64,000 bases of DNA, taken from contig OZ316896.1 in the NCBI GenBank assembly GCA_973895155.1, positions 16,657,752 through 16,721,751 on the forward strand, read 5' to 3'. Below, in pieces: positions 1-14,692 of the stretch (position 1 is the stretch's first letter; every line of letters begins with the position of its first letter). The notes below the pieces were generated by a model. That model was not told the DNA's origin. It saw only the letters and a program-made list of their open reading frames with translations, and did not search any database. This DNA comes from Marsupella aquatica. Lineage: Eukaryota > Plantae > Marchantiophyta. The position numbers and the translations under genes were made by a program.

Positions 1-138
1 AGAGATTAAAACGGTGATCACAAGCTCGTAACTCAGCTCTGTGACCACAGCAACCTTAATTAATGTAAACCTTTCCTTGCAAGAGTAAAGAACAGAAAGA
101 AATTTCACATCTCGAAACAGACAAATTTTAATCCTTAC

Positions 139-3100
139 TTGTTCGGGATGTTCTTAATCATTAAAGTCGTTCGAGAATCCTCCCCGCGCATAATTCTGTC
201 CAAGTCAAGCTGGTATTGCTTCTTGTTATCAGCCCGTGCAACACTACTCTCACCCCTGCGACTCCTTCCTCGTTCACTCAAGCCGTCCATAGGGGCAGAC
301 ATCGACCCTGGCAAGCTACCGTTGGGAAACATGCGAGGCCGGTGCTGTGGAGACATAACTCCTAGACTCGGAGATGCAGTCCCATGCTCAAGCCCACCGC
401 TACTCCCCATCCCGGACGCCAGATTCATGAGGCCATGTCCACCAGCAATATTGATTGCATGCGTTCCAGTTGAGCCACCAATACTCAAACCTCCCATATT
501 CATTGATCCAGGCCGGAGAAGAGAAGACGAATCTGGTGATTCTCCTAGATAGCCATGTCGTCTATCTAACACTGACGTCTCTCCAGGCGGAGCAGAGCCC
601 ACGTGATGTCCCCGATGTTGTGCAGGAATCATACTATTAACAAGATGGCCATGGGTCCCCGAGAAAGGATGAGACTGGGATTGAGATTGGCCACCGTGGT
701 TGAATGAGAGTCCAACTGATGAAGCAGACCAGATCAGAGGAGGCGAGCTCTGAGAATGGTGATGGTAAGGTGCTGGATTGCCCCAGAGAAACTGATGCCC
801 TGATAAAATCCACTCCCATTTAAGGTTCAGGTTAGGATTCACAAAATATCCGATGTTAGACACCTCATTCATTCTCACGACAGCGCCAAAAGCACTGCAT
901 GACCCTTCCCAAGAAGGTACTTCATATCGTGAAAAGAGCTGTAGATACAAGTCCGGTAAGATGAGATCAGTTATTAACCAATAACAAGAAGGGCAACAAT
1001 CATACCTCCATTGGCATGATCATAAGTCGGATCAGTCAAAGTCCCACTACTCGATCGCTGGAGTCGACTTCCTTCCACTTCACGAGACCTCAAAGTTGTT
1101 CCACTACTGGCAACTGATCCAGAGCCAGGAGCAGGGCTGTAATTCACCGAGCTCATTACACCGTTGCTGTATTCTGGAAGAGAATGGGGATGTTGTGGGG
1201 GTAGACGATGCACTCCCAGACCCATGTGTCCTAGGGAATGGCCCGCTTCTATCTGATTCGTTCCCACGTGGCTACCAATGGTTCCAACTCTCACTGGAGC
1301 TGACAAATGGGATGAGGATAAATGAGGTGGTAAACTGGCAGCCACTCCACTGAGAGGCTTGCTGACAATTTGGGAAAAGTTCCCGTGGATCGGATGTGAA
1401 CCACGGAGTGAGTTGCCATCAACAGAGCTACCCAAAGAACCCCATTGAGAAGGATGCCCTGAAATTCCAACAGAGTCTAACATTAAAGGAAAAATCCATA
1501 ATCCGAAACCCACTTGAGTAGAAGTTCTCTGGAAATTAGACTGTCCAAGTAGTATCATCCAGCACTAACTCACGACTGACTTCTGAATTTGTGGGACTTA
1601 ATGCAAATCAAGTAAATATGATCTTCTCCACCATCAGCCATAGTCGAGAAAGGCGAAGCATAAGAGCACCTATGCGGCCAGCTATATGGAACTCAGAGAT
1701 GCAGACTTTAGCTGCCCATCTGATGAGCCAATTCCTTTGACAACAAACCTGGAGGAGAGTTCGTAAGTGGTGAAAGCGCTTGCTGCCTGTGTGGACGATT
1801 CTCCTCTTGCTCCAGTTCTTGACTCAGCTGCTGCATCAGACTGTTTATAATCCCACTGCATTTTCAGGATCCACATGATAGCATGAAATGAAGCAAGAGC
1901 AAATGCTTCTCTAAACGTATATATTGTAGCTCACGAGTACACACCAGAGAAAGGAGGACCGCAAAAGAAATGACACCAGTAGTCATAAAGGAGAATTTCT
2001 GTAGGGGCGCGGCTCCACTGAGTCGGAACGTTGATTAATATAAAACTTTGGGCTATGGATATTAAGGGAGAAGACTGTTAGGAAGATCAACAGAAGATGT
2101 TCTATCTTCCACACATGACTGCAGTATATGATAACAATTAACCTCGAGCTATGGGGGCTCAATCTAATATGGCACCACACGATCCCTTAGCAAGGGTCAG
2201 ATGTGAGAATACGCACCTTCGGCGGGCTCCACCAGGTCGGCTAGGCTCAAGCTTGATGCGCTTTCCTGCTATATCACTCCTATTCAGAGCTCTGAGAGCA
2301 GCTTCTGCTGCCCTCACATCGTAGAACTCGATAAACTTATGATGCCGCTTATGTGGTGTTTCTCGAATCTGCTCAATGCGATCATCAGGGGAAGACCTTA
2401 GAATAGCAAACAAGTCGTAAACCATCACTGCAAGGCGCAGAAAAGAAATAGCATATTATACTCTCATGACCTATGTTGACAGAAAAACTTCGAAAATTTT
2501 GAAAATTTGCCCAGTGGCTACCTCTTTGACCTCTCCATAGACCCCGAAGATCTGACGAAGGTCATCATTTGAGACAGAAGCATCAAGATTAAAGACCACC
2601 AGTGTCCCCTGATTCACGTCCTTGTCCGAAGGATTATCCTGGGATATCAAACGGACAGTCAAAAGACGATATCACAGGCCGCGCAGCTTACCTCAGGCTC
2701 TAACCCCTCGGAGTATCTACGAGATTTAAAAAAAACTCATTCCTTGTATTTTCTGTTAAAGCCAGGCCATAGAGAGGTTCTAAAGCTCATGTCTAATAGT
2801 ACAAACAAGCATCCGATGCAGAGAGGCTACCTGGACAGACAACTTATTCCGTATTGTGTACAATAAACTCCCAGCTACGAGGGAATGTCAAAAACCACTG
2901 CTTGCAAGAAGCCTTGAGATCTTTGACCACACACGCTTTGACTCGTAGAAGTACGAGAAGGGAGGAGGATACAATTTAAGAGCTGCTCGTCAACTCTTCT
3001 TGTTGATTTGCAGAAATAACAGGGTGCGTGCGGCTGCTACGCCGGGCCCCTCCTCTCGTTAAGAGGTTCGCAGAAACTATTTCGTATTAGATTGATTAGA

Positions 3101-5222
3101 CTCCATAGTCCACGGACCCCAATAAGGGCAAGAAAGAATGCCCGGCACCTGGGAATGGCACTCTTAAGTCCTACTGCCTTTCCTTCGAGTATTGCCCGGT
3201 GTGAAACAATCACATTACTTTCCCAGTGTGTTCTTATTCATGACGAGACAATTAGTTAAGAGGCACACCTTGGGTATGGAAAAGTGAATATCCAGTTTGC
3301 GGCGACGCAGAGGCTTGTTCTGAAGCGCCCGCATTGCACTGCGTGCCGCCCGGATGTCATAATATGAAATCATGACAAATCCACGATGCTTACAGGCTGT
3401 GTAAAGCGTTCGGATAGCACCATATTGCTGCATCAAAATTCATCAATCAAAGAGAGAGCTGTAAGATTCCAAGCCAGACAGAAATAGTGTGTGACCTGTC
3501 GACAATTCAGCCCCTTCCCGCACTAATCCCGCTCGACAACGCTGATTCTAAGGAGAGCAAGGAATTAGCTACAGAAGCTGTGTAAAGCTTTCGGAACGAC
3601 AACCAAATCTCTCTTCGACCTGATAAGGGAGCAAAAATGACCAATTCTTCAGCAAAACAGCTTTTGTCTGCTCGGAGAAGTAACCTGCAGTTCAGCTCTC
3701 AGGCATGAAGGGCAAATTAAGAACATTGATCAGCTGCCTTCTTAGCGTACTGTTTTATGGAGACCATTGGTCTGATTTGCAACGACCGACTTTGGTGGTC
3801 TTTGCAAATTGTTGTAAGGTTAGTTCTATGTGGCGATAGGACTATCTAATTTATTTATCAGAGGCTGAACGGTTCAAGTACTACTTAAAGAAGTGATGTC
3901 ATGAGTCATCGAGTGACATCACTTCTATAAGTAGTACATCGAGTCCACTACATTGGGTGCACATATAGGAAAATTAATCAGTGGAAGCCTATTCTATCAG
4001 GCTTCTTAGGTTTACAGATGTAAGTTAAGGTCTATCTATTACCTCAAAGAGCGCACGAAGTTCTGTATCCTCCACGTTGCTATTTATATTACGAACAAAA
4101 AGTGTTCTCGAAGGATGCTCGCCATAAGGATGTTCACCAGCAACAGACCCAGCGGCACTTGATCCAGCATGACCTCCAGAGCCTCCCACCAAAACATCCA
4201 GAGTTCGGTGGGTATTCAAGATAGCATTGAGGGCATCCTGAGGATCACTTTCCAGCTCCATGCCACCGCCACTGCTGAAAAGATCGGTATCATCCCCTTC
4301 CTCAATATTTGTAGATGGGTAATCATAATCTCCATTTACACCAGCTAGTAACTCTTCCTCATCATCAGGAAGGAGATTGCCTATTGTATGCGACTCGATA
4401 TCTTCTATTGAGTCAAAAGGCTCCTCTCCTTCAAGGTCCCCATTTAAGTGCGATCCAGTTGTGTCAATTGAGTGGCTAACGCCATCCGGATTGGAGAGCC
4501 TCACTGCAAGACAACAAAACGTAACGACTAGCTCTATGAGAGTAGCACAACTCGAACAACAGCAAATTTTAAGGTTCAAATCGATCCGTGAAGAGAAATA
4601 CACTCCCATTATCACAATTTTGCAACCGTATCAAATTATTTAAGTTACTCAACATCACAGAAGGAAGTCAGAAAGGCTGTCACGTACGAACATTATCAAA
4701 TTCGCACCACAGTAAGAAGCCTTTACTTAAGCAATTTATACTGGCTGGTACTGGCAGCAAGGCCAGATATCAGGCATTAACAGCCAATTGGTTCTTCTGA
4801 GCTAGCATATTGCATTTTCGCAAAAACCTGGTGTGCAAATGGGCCGCTCTACTTACAACTGTTTTGGAAAAGGGCTGGAAAGGAGCTTGAAAATCCCCTT
4901 GTATCGCCATCTCCAAAGCCCGAATCCAGCTTTTCATGTCCCCCATTGACACGCGGGGACGACGACAACGGATTTGAATTTCTCAAGCCTGCAATGTTGT
5001 CGCTGGAACTATTCCAAGTATATGATGACAGGCTGGTTCTCCTCTCGGAACCGACAGCCCATTGATCACCACTGCCCTTCCCTTGGTGATGCCTGGACCA
5101 GTCCTGGGTGCTTGAAGACCAATCACCATGAGATGGATTAGCTTGCTCGGACGGCCCATTGCCATGATTGTGCATTCCTCTACTTGATGACTCCATTGAG
5201 TGCAAGTCCTCTAAACCATACC
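139..5222 (-). CDS. AML: MEI2-like (AML) RNA-binding protein, 3 RRMs; multi-exon, 3' end lies beyond the window start. Exons read: 5222-4857, 4503-4043, 3427-3269, 2638-2522, 2368-2217, 1840-1749, 1458-1006, 799-139
   Basis: Family motifs GEHPYGEHPSRTLFVRNINSNVED (RRM1), YGAIRTLYTACKHRGFVMISYYDIRAA, NQGTLVVFNLD and IRETPHKRHHKFIEFYDVRAAEAAL (RRM2), SLMQQLSQELEQEE, and YQLDLDRIMRGEDSRTTLMIKNIPNK (start of RRM3). The GT-AG boundaries give in-phase joins. Confidence 0.95.
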
Positions 5223-7388
5223 CTGCGAGTACAAACAATTCCGCTCAGCAAGAACTCAAGGAACAACTGTGACATCGAATGAGTATTCATAGGTATTGAA
5301 TCTGCTACTGTAAATGTAAAACCTGGTCTTTGGGATATGCTTGTATCGTGACCGATTTGGACTCTATATCGACCAAATTCCAAAAGAATTGAATATGGTC
5401 GACCTCAGAACTAACTCGTGCAAAAGCATCCACAATTGCAGATCACCACACTGACTATAAAATACAAAACATGTACCAATCACAAAACTCTGCAAGAGTT
5501 TATTGAGAGAAACTCTATGGTCTGACACTTTCACAGTATTGAGAAAGCCAGGAAACACGTTAAAATGGTCAGGATCTGTTCTCAAATTGGACTCTGGAGT
5601 ACTATTTAAAACACTGAAGTCGGCTTGCCCCGGATCCACACAAATACTGCAGGAATGTAAACTAAAGTGCAACAGCTTGGGCAACAGCATCCATTTTTGA
5701 ACCAGAGATCGACCAACATGGCCAGCACTTCTATCCAATGACCATAAGATGTCCTCACCAGAAGACAATGATATGACCAACAACACCACAGGGCCGTCCA
5801 TTCCCAAAGCCAAGAGGGTGGGCAACGTCTTCAAACCAGTAAGTAAAGCATGCATTTGCTCACTCCTCGAGACCTTCGAAGTGCGAACGACACACCAACG
5901 ACAACGAAAATATGCGACCTACCATATGAAGACGATAAAACTTGAGAAGCGGAAGTTGAATATCCGTCAAGATTCCCATTATTGCCCCCTTCACTTTCCC
6001 AAAACCCTACTCGTCTCTGTAATCACAGACCACAACCAGAAAAAATGAAAAACAGCAGCAGGCTAGCAAGTCACTGTGAAAGTAACATTATCACAGTTCT
6101 AGAGTCAATCTGGAGAGTGAGATCAAGCGTTGACCGGCAGCAGAGTCCCTGCAACACAATAAGATTGTGGAAGACTATATTCGATCTCCTTCGCAAGAGG
6201 AACCACAGCAGCTCAAAGCTCGTAAGAAAAGATGACGAATCTACCAATGCGCCTCCTTTTCAGCCTTCGCAAGCCCAGATTCCAATCCAGAAGTGAAACA
6301 GCTGAAGCTTTACTTCTTATCCACAGACTGCAGCGAGTCCCGGTAACGAAAACTTGCGTACAATAGTTGGCCCCACATATCGGGTCAGACTATCTGGCGG
6401 AAATTCCGAAGATATAAAGCTTCCCAATGACAACCTTGCCATGACGGTCCCGTCAAGTTGTGAGCGGAGCTACAACCAAATTTGTTTTCGACCAACCTCA
6501 GACCGCTTCTTTGTCTTCAGTCAGACAATCTTATGCATATCTGCTCGGTATGGGCATCGAGTGAGGCCCACTTCTAGACGAAAAAGCAATTACTAGATAC
6601 GTCAACAGCCAATCCGGACGTCATCCATGTCACGACAACGGACTGCGTTCGATCTCGAAGAAACTACGACGACGTCCGTCGGCCTAATACCAACTTAGTG
6701 CGAAGGAAAATGGTCCTTTGGTCGTGGCTTCGTTGTTCTGTCCAATTGCTGTTTCAATTCAACAAAGCGGTCGAGAAAGTCATCACGAGGAGGCTCCTGA
6801 AGCTTTCTACGGCCATTTGAAGTAAACCAAGCCGCTCGCGCCTTGGACGAAGAGGGACATCTAAGTCCTTTCATGGAAACTGGTTCTGAGATTGTCACAC
6901 ATGGACGCACCGCATACAAACAAGTATCCACCAAAAAGCATCCCAGGCATTGGCTGGTGCTCTGAGAAAACGAGACTCCTTTGGAAACGGAGACCATTTT
7001 CACTTTTAGAAACAAGATCAAGCAAGCATACCCACAAATGCAACGCACGACGCCCCCCTCCTCATACAATGCTGACTTCCTGTGCGAAACAACCATGTCG
7101 GCCGAACGATTGTGCCAGCCAACAGATCGTTCCAGTAAAACTTATGGACCAGATCTGTACAGACTACCCAAACAAGAAGGCCCTACTAAGTCGCAGAACT
7201 TCAAGCAGGTATGTTCGAATCAACAAAAATCCACATCAGCGACGAAATTAAAGCGAACTTTAGGACACTGAGAGACAGAAATTCAGGATCCGACTGATCG
7301 CACCATGACCTAGGAAACCACTCTTCATACAAGATACCGAAAAAGTTGATCTACATGAAAGTGTAAGTGGAGAAGGTGTAGGGAAGAC

Positions 7389-7535
7389 CTCTGCAGGTAA
7401 GTACATGTTGTCGGTAAACAGAGGAGATGAAACAGAGGAACCATAGAACGGGATAGAGGCTGCTTGAGCCTGCATCACTTTCAGCCCCCGTGACGAATCC
7501 ATTATATTGCCACTGTTGTTATGCCCTTCCAACAT
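7389..7535 (-). CDS. Probable first coding exon of the MEI2-like gene; any exons between 5223 and 7388 are not resolved
   Basis: MLEG...SSPLFTDNMYLPAE followed by a GT donor resembles the AML N-terminus (..FPAE|RQIGFW). The linking exon(s) were not identified. Confidence 0.5.
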
Positions 7536-8354
7536 CCTTCTCTGCAGTAAACTAGCCTGCCTTCCACCGCGACCCTAGTATGCACCGGAGTCCTAAGGAG
7601 CGCACAGATGTTGAACAATTGGCAGGGGAGTAAATAAGACAGAATGAACCACACACGTTCCTCCGCACTGCCAGGACCGGAGCCCCGATCTGGAAGCCTC
7701 AGTACGTCACACCGAGAGTGAATCGCCGTCCGGGGGAGCACCTCCCAAATGCTCATGAGGAAGGGGAACAATAGAACACCGTCCGTCCTTTCCTTCTTTC
7801 CTCCTTCCTCCTCCTCCTCCTGCCAAACCCCCTCCACAGCAGCACCACACCCCCCACTCGCTGGGGATGGAGAGTGCTTGCTGCTGCCGCAGAACTCGCC
7901 TGAATGCGTAACTCCACCAAACTCAAACACCACCTTCTGCACACCACCCGTGAAATCGAAATCCAACAATTATCCTACCGCTCGTCCCCAAATCGCCCTC
8001 GCCATCGCTCCAGACATGCCTCGTCTGTCTATCCGCCCGTTCGTCCGTCCGTCCTTCTGCCCCAGTGGCCCCCTGCTTGCCTGCCTCCGCTCGCTCGCAC
8101 GCACGCACTCTCGCCCGTGACTCCTTCCTTCCTTCTCTCCGCTCCCCGCCCCGCAGGAAATGAGCAACTCTCCCTACCAACGCCTGGGAGGAGGAAAAAG
8201 GTGTGTGGCAGACGGGACCGAAAAAGCGGGGAAAAGTTGGAAGGCAACAAAAACGCCCAACAACCAGGCACTGGAATCGGAGGACGCAACCCCAACAAGC
8301 CTTCCCTCCCTCCCTTCCTTCCGCACCCTCGCTACCGCCCTGCAAGCAACCGAG

Positions 8355-9016
8355 AAACGCAACGAAACGCAACGCAACGCAACGCAACGCACACAGACAA
8401 GCACGAATGCAGGCACGCAGGGAGGCAGGGATGAAGGACGAGACGAGGAAGGCGAAGACGACGACGGTAAAGAATCACGGACGATCAACGCATAATCCCG
8501 CAGCACCGAAGTCGAGAGAGAGCCAGGCCGGTCGTCAATTAGCACGTCCACAGACACCACACCATCATCACACCCAGAGAGGTGACAAACAGGGAAACAC
8601 ACGAACAAATGACGAAACAAGATGATGCCACCACCGCCAGCTTTTGGCTTCCTCCAATCAAGCAATCAACCAAGCAATCAATCACTCACTCCCTCACTCA
8701 CTCAATCACTCAACCCAACCCCAACCCCAACCCAACCAAAGCGCTCCGCTGATCCGCTGATCCGCACCCCCTCCTCCTCCTCCTCCTCTCTTTCCGTGCC
8801 ATGCTTCGGTTGGTTGCTTTCCTTGCTCATCCGCTCTGGTCGTCGTCGACGACATTGCATTGTAGTAGTCGTCGCATCCACCACCATAGCAACCCCGCCA
8901 CGCCACGCCACGCCACGCTCAGCCCAGCCCAGCCCAGCCCAGCCCAAGCCAAAGCCGAATCAATAATCAATCCCATCCAAGCGATGAACCCCTCTCTCTC
9001 TCTCTCTCTCTCTCTC
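8355..9016. repeat. Cluster of simple sequence repeats in the AML 5' leader/promoter: (GCAAC)n, (CACT)n, (CCCAAC)n, (CCACG)n, (CCCAG)n, (CT)n
   Basis: Seen directly at ~8356-8392, 8683-8736, 8896-8946 and 8993-9016. Confidence 0.9.
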
Positions 9017-9959
9017 CACCACTCCACCACTGTAGCGCGGAACGAACGAAGGAAGACGGGAGGAGAGAGGCTGGTGGCGTGACCGCACGCACACCCCCCA
9101 ATCCTCGCCTTTCTTCAACTCGCCCCTTCCCCCCGCTTCATTCCCGTGTGCCTAGTATAATAATAGTCGGAACAACAAACAAGTGAACAACAAACAAGTG
9201 AACAACAACAATGGCAGCAACAACACGAAACAAGTCCAGGCTCAGCTCCTCGACCTCGCTTTCCGGCCACATGACGGACGGAAATCCCTCGGACGAATAA
9301 CACGAAATAAGCTCGGCCTCAGCTCGTTTTCCGGCGACATGACGGACAGAAATTACTCCTTCGCGGCCGCGGAATCCCTCGGACGGACCTGCAGACGAGG
9401 ATCAGTCGCCGCAAAGCTGAACGGGCGGCTTCCACTAACTACGGTTACACTAGGGGAATGGATTATTCGCCGCAAAGTCAGGACGGGAGACGCTGCCAAG
9501 GGACGGAGTGACGGGGACGGGCTTGGGGAAGCCGCAAAGTCTCATGGGACGAAGATGTGTCCCACTCCAGTCCCACTCCAGTACCAATTACACGGGAGCA
9601 TTTATTAGCGGTGTCGGGATTATTTTCCATTGGTCTAGCAATGTCCGTGTTTATTTGAAGTTTTGCTTTAGATGCCATAAACTGGAATCAATCCAAACCT
9701 TTGAACTCATATGACTATGAGATCCCAAAGTGCTCCTTGGACCAGGCGGTGACCAAAGCTCTGTGGTGGATATTGTGATAGTCATTATCACAACTTAAAA
9801 AACCCAAGCCTAATGACAGGCTTATCAGGGCAGCCCCCTTGAGTGATTGTTGCCATTTTGGGATGGCCTGTTCAAAGGGTCTGACAGAATACCCATCCCA
9901 AAGCAAACACCAACTATTGTATATTAGTGTTCTCATTAATAAAGGCTAAAGTGCACCCC

Positions 9960-10420
9960 AACAACAACTAATGTTCAGACCCATTAATATATTCTACACC
10001 CTGGAGACATTTCAGGTCTTCAGATTTGTTACTCTGGCCAAGGTTTTTGTTTGGAGCATACTTGCTCAAGGACTTCTTACAGGTTCTCAGGCCCTTAGGA
10101 GTGGAAAGTCTGACAGTTGTTGCCATATCTGCCAGGGAATACTCAAGACCATTCCCCATCTTCTCTGTGATTGTTTCCATGCCAAGTACTGCTGGAGGAC
10201 AGCTTGTGATTGGCGCATTGGGGGCAAGATTGAACCTCATTTCAAGCTAGTTGGTACCGCTCAACCTTTGAAGATCAGGACACAACCAGATATATTTCTA
10301 GTTTACCAAGTACTGTGGAGTATACAGTTGGCACAGAAAGGGCAGGTCTTTGATCTAACCAAGCGCAGTCTCTTTAATCAACGATCAACTTTGTCTGGAA
10401 ATTTTGATCATCTACTTTAG
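9960..10420 (+). pseudogene. LINE (L1-like) ORF2 relic, zf-RVT region
   Basis: AKVFVWSILAQGLLTG...CHICQGILKTIPHLLCDCFHAKYCW fits the C-x2-C...H-x3-C zinc finger found after plant L1 RT. Flanks are degenerate. Confidence 0.7.
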
Positions 10421-11636
10421 CTGTTGTTGAGGCAAGCACCCCTCTCAGGAACAAGCGCACAAGACTTCTATGAACGGGAAAAAATGCTACTATAGCTTCT
10501 GAGAACCCCACTATTATTGTGACAAGGTCCTTGAACACTCCCTTTCTGAATATTGGTTGCCTTATCTTGGAGAGAAACAGACACTACTGAAGTTGCTTTT
10601 GGCCCAATACTCTTAGAAGGATCTAAGAATAAATGTATACTGTCACTTAATGTTTCTATGTTCTTGTTTTGAAAGGTCTCCTGCTTGACTGACCTGATCA
10701 CACACCTTTTCACTACTGTAGATACTATTGGACTCTCTGGATGATGGGACAGCCCCTGTGGAGGACCATGTTGGTTGGTCTGGTCTGAGAGTATGTAATG
10801 GTGGCATGAACACCTTTGATGTTGTTGAAGCGGGTCAAAATGTGTTGGCCTTTTTGCCTTGAAAGGTCCTGATATGCCTCTCTTGGCCTGCTGGTTTCCC
10901 CCATCCCGGTAAGCAGAGTACCATTGCGAGTTGCTTGTTTTGAAAAATTCTAGGGTTTTGTTTGCCATTCCCCAAGTAAATCATTTCTAAGGTGTCAGGA
11001 TTTTTTTGAAGTGCACAAAAAGCCCAAACCATTTGCCAACCATACTTAAACTTATCTAGGCCACCCTAAAGCCTACTTATTCAACTCGATTGCCTTTCAA
11101 AACACATGGATTTGAGAAATAAGAACCTAGTGTGATCCAAAATATTCTTTTGACACTTGTTCAACAAAATATTATTTTTATATATTTTATAAAGTAAAAT
11201 TGGTCATGTAGATGTATTGTAGAATATTCTCAATATAAAATTGAGATGTATTAATTACTTCAGGATCATTTGTACTTGTCTGGAAAAGTCCACCAAATAA
11301 CCTCCAAGTGAACAAAACAAGAAGCCTTAAGGGATGAGTCCAAAGCCTTATTTCTCTTTTCAAAATCTTCATGATATTAAAAAGTGTATACCAAAAAACC
11401 ACCAAAAAATGGTATGTATTTTCCAAACTAGACTCAAGAGAATTTTACCACCAAAATCTAAGCATATCTTATATGATATTCTCACAATTGTATAAACCTT
11501 GAAATATGCACTTTATAAAAGTAATCAAAATCAAACTCATCGATCAGAGTTTAAGTCAAACTCAAAGTTTTACAAAATATAACCCAACTTAAGCCCAAGT
11601 GGTTTCAAATGCTACGAGTCCCTCTATTTATCTAGT

Positions 11637-14600
11637 CTAATCCAAAGGGACCGCTTCCCCTTCCCCGGTTCCGGAAGTCCCTGTCGTCAATTCTGGAACA
11701 ATTGTGGCATCGTCAACCACGCTATCCTCTCCGGCCTGAGGAATGTCTTCCTCACTCTCCTCATCCATCTCCCCCTGTCCGTCTTCCTCTTCAATGTTAT
11801 CTGCAAGGTTAAGAATCCTCCCTTTCAACACACTGCTCTGTCGCTCGTCAATCTCAATGGCAACGCAATGTCTCCCCATGGCCAAGGAGGAGGTTGTCCC
11901 AGTCCCTGATCCTGAACAAATATCCAAAACCCAGTCTCCAACCTGACTAAAATGACTCACTTCCCAATCTAACAATGCACGTGGTTTCTGATAAACATTC
12001 ACTGCCTTGTTATCCCCGTTGTGTTTCAGCTTCTTAGTCACAGCTGCGCATACAACCACATTGTTCCTTGATTCATTTGTGTCAAAATTGAAGTGCTCCA
12101 ATGACCGTTTACCATCCTGGCTGTGAAAGCCAATTGTAAAGCACTCAAAGTTGCTGTTCAATCTTGGTCCACCAGCATTCTTCACATTATCCTTAACCCT
12201 GAAAAGTCACAAAAAGTCAAGGAGTTATTTAAACTGAGAAACATGGTTCATGAAATCATGAATAACTAATAGTTGTTTTTTTCAAAAACAAATATTTCTT
12301 ACCACACACAATTCTGGAACCCTCCATTACACTCCGCTTTCAAAACGGTCTTGATGGCCTCATATTGGTCAAGGCTGTGGTGAATGATAATACGCCACAA
12401 CTTTGCAGTAGTAGCCACCTTGAACGATTGGACCATTTTTGTGATCTCCTCAGTTCCCCATCCAATAGTGTCTTCATGAAGACATCCAGGCAATGCAAAC
12501 CTATAGGGAATATCCACTAAAGCTAATGTGTAAGCCCGACCCAGAACCACCTCATGTAATCGCTGAGCATCATGAGTAAAAATATCATAGTGCACATCAC
12601 CAAACTCTGGATGCTCAAACGAATTTGGATGAAGTTCCCCCTCTTGGGTTTGCCGACTAGAAGTCTTCATGGATAGCCAATTTTGGGCTTGCACAATATG
12701 CGCATTGAATTTGTCCGGGAATGACTTGAGATCTTTGCCTTCCTCATCTCCCTTCTTTTTCCGGGAGGTGGTATCTTTCTACAAAAAGGAACTGTAGAAT
12801 TAGAAACAAGGATTCCAAATATTAAATGAATTCAAACAATCATTCGAAGAAAGGTGACAGAATCTTACCCATGTCTGGAAAACAGGTACGAAATTCTTAA
12901 GCACATTGTCTGTGCAATGCTCAGGGTACTTGGTTTTACAACCTGACCAACTCTCCTCGTGTAGACACGTGAGGAAGGCCTTCTGCACCTGCATCTGAAA
13001 TTTGTGTCGAGTAAATTCGTGACCCATTTCCTGTAAAGAGAGTTCTTTAGTAAGAACTCTCTGTAACACTGGGCAAATCATATCAGGATCTTTCAAGGCC
13101 TGCATGTGTCTCCACTCTGTTAATTTCATGTCCTCATAAGGCAATTTGGCATCTCCAGACTTAGAGACTTTCTTCTTGCCTTTGTCTCCTTTTTGACCTT
13201 TGATCTCACACATCTCCCACTTGTCACAAATCTGCCTCACAAATGACCACACAGGATCTTGTCGGAATGCCAACTGAAATAGGTTATCATTGGCATTAAG
13301 AACCTCAGCATCCTTTCGTACACCCCAATCCTTGAGATTGATTTCAGTAGCACACTCTTTCTTGAAATCCTGGTTGGACGACAATCCATTCTCAACAAAT
13401 CTCATGTGAATATAATTTACTCTCTGGATTGTCGTCATCTGTTGTCGAAATTCAGAATCAATATTGTGACTCCACGCAAGGTTTCTTGCCTCTTGCACAC
13501 TCAATCCCGCAAATATCCAAGATTGCACTCTCCGAAATGCCTTGTTGTTAGGGAACTGAAGAGCAAGGTCTGCTTTGGCACAGGCTGAATGGTTGCCCCC
13601 AATCACATAATAATGGTAATCAGCTTTCCTTGAAAAATCAAAGTCTTGCCTAGTAGCACACTCCTTCGGATCCACCAAGAGGACAAACGGAGCTGCAAGT
13701 GGACTGGCACCTACAGTCTTCATCCGCAAGGTCAATTGGGTCAAGAAATATGGTTGGATGTGTCGGACCTGGTAAATGGGCAAGCCCACAGCCTTCTCTC
13801 TCACTGGAGGGTAAAGTTGACCAATGTCAACGGTCACGGTCTCCTCTTGAACACCACATCTTCCCAGAATCTCCTCCTGGTACAATACCCGTGCATCCAT
13901 TGACATTGATTGAGCCTTTTGCTCCAAATGCGTTGGAATTTTCTCCAAAGTCTTCTTTTTTGACTTTGTAGCACTGGGCTCGGTAGGCTCAGGAGTCATA
14001 GCAGGTCGCTTCTTTGAAGAAATGCGAGTTCCAGTCGTACCTTGTGCCGACCCACCAGTCAAAGCCGTTCCCTGGGATGATCTGCCAACTTGAGATCCCC
14101 CTCCAGATGCTGCTGCTTCCCGGGAGGTTGTAGGCGCTACCACGGTCAAAATATCATTGGGTAAAATGCTAGGCCTCGATCCAGAAGGAACACCGGAAGC
14201 CCCAGATTTGGGTGGACGACTTACTCCCTTCTCTGCCGACCTTCTCCGGAGAATCTCTCTTGATTTTTGGATTGCACTCTTTAAAGTGCTAGCGTGAAAT
14301 TCAAACACAAAACCGGAAATCTTTCCCGCGACGTCGTGGTAACGTTCCTCACTCGAAAGAGACTTGACAGTCTCAATGATGCTATCGATGTCCTCATCGA
14401 GATAGCAGGTGGCAGCCGTTCCAGAAAACCTCTCCACATCCACGACAATCAAAGTTGAAGTTTCCTTCGTTGTGATCAACATGTTCACAACTTCGTCGCC
14501 CCGTCGAAATACATCGATGCGGCCGTAATTTACCCACCCTAATGCCCCCGATGGAAGCCCCTCAAATACACACAGCATTAGGAAGGGCTTCTTCCATGTT

Positions 14601-14692
14601 TCTGTCCCTAAGGAAATCGTCCAGGATGAGTTGTGGAAGTCTGTCAAAGGATGGCGCGAAAAGATGTCATCCACCAGCTCTTCCTGCGACAT
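11637..14692 (-). CDS. ParB/Srx-like domain fused to a beta-class amino (N6-adenine or N4-cytosine) DNA methyltransferase. Exons 14692-12869, 12778-12303, 12198-11637; 953 aa with no stops or frameshifts after splicing
   Basis: Motif IV-like LALVDIPY precedes CVWVK, YQKPRALLDW, motif I GDWVLDICSGSGTG and motif II GRHCVAIEID (beta-class order). Exon 1 has ParB-like PFVLLV...YYVIGGNHSACA...SVQEARNLAWSHN. Both GT-AG introns splice in frame. Confidence 0.85.

Noticed and set aside
7502-9608. Many overlapping 60-176 aa ORFs
   Set aside because: They are by-products of GC-rich SSR sequence and show no recognisable domains.
10468-11032. Minus-strand ORFs as an inverted LINE RT segment
   Set aside because: No convincing RT motifs were found; left unannotated.
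11637-14692. Bacterial or phage contamination as the source of the ParB-MTase gene
   Set aside because: It has two in-frame GT-AG introns and is contiguous with a spliced eukaryotic transposase and plant sequence.
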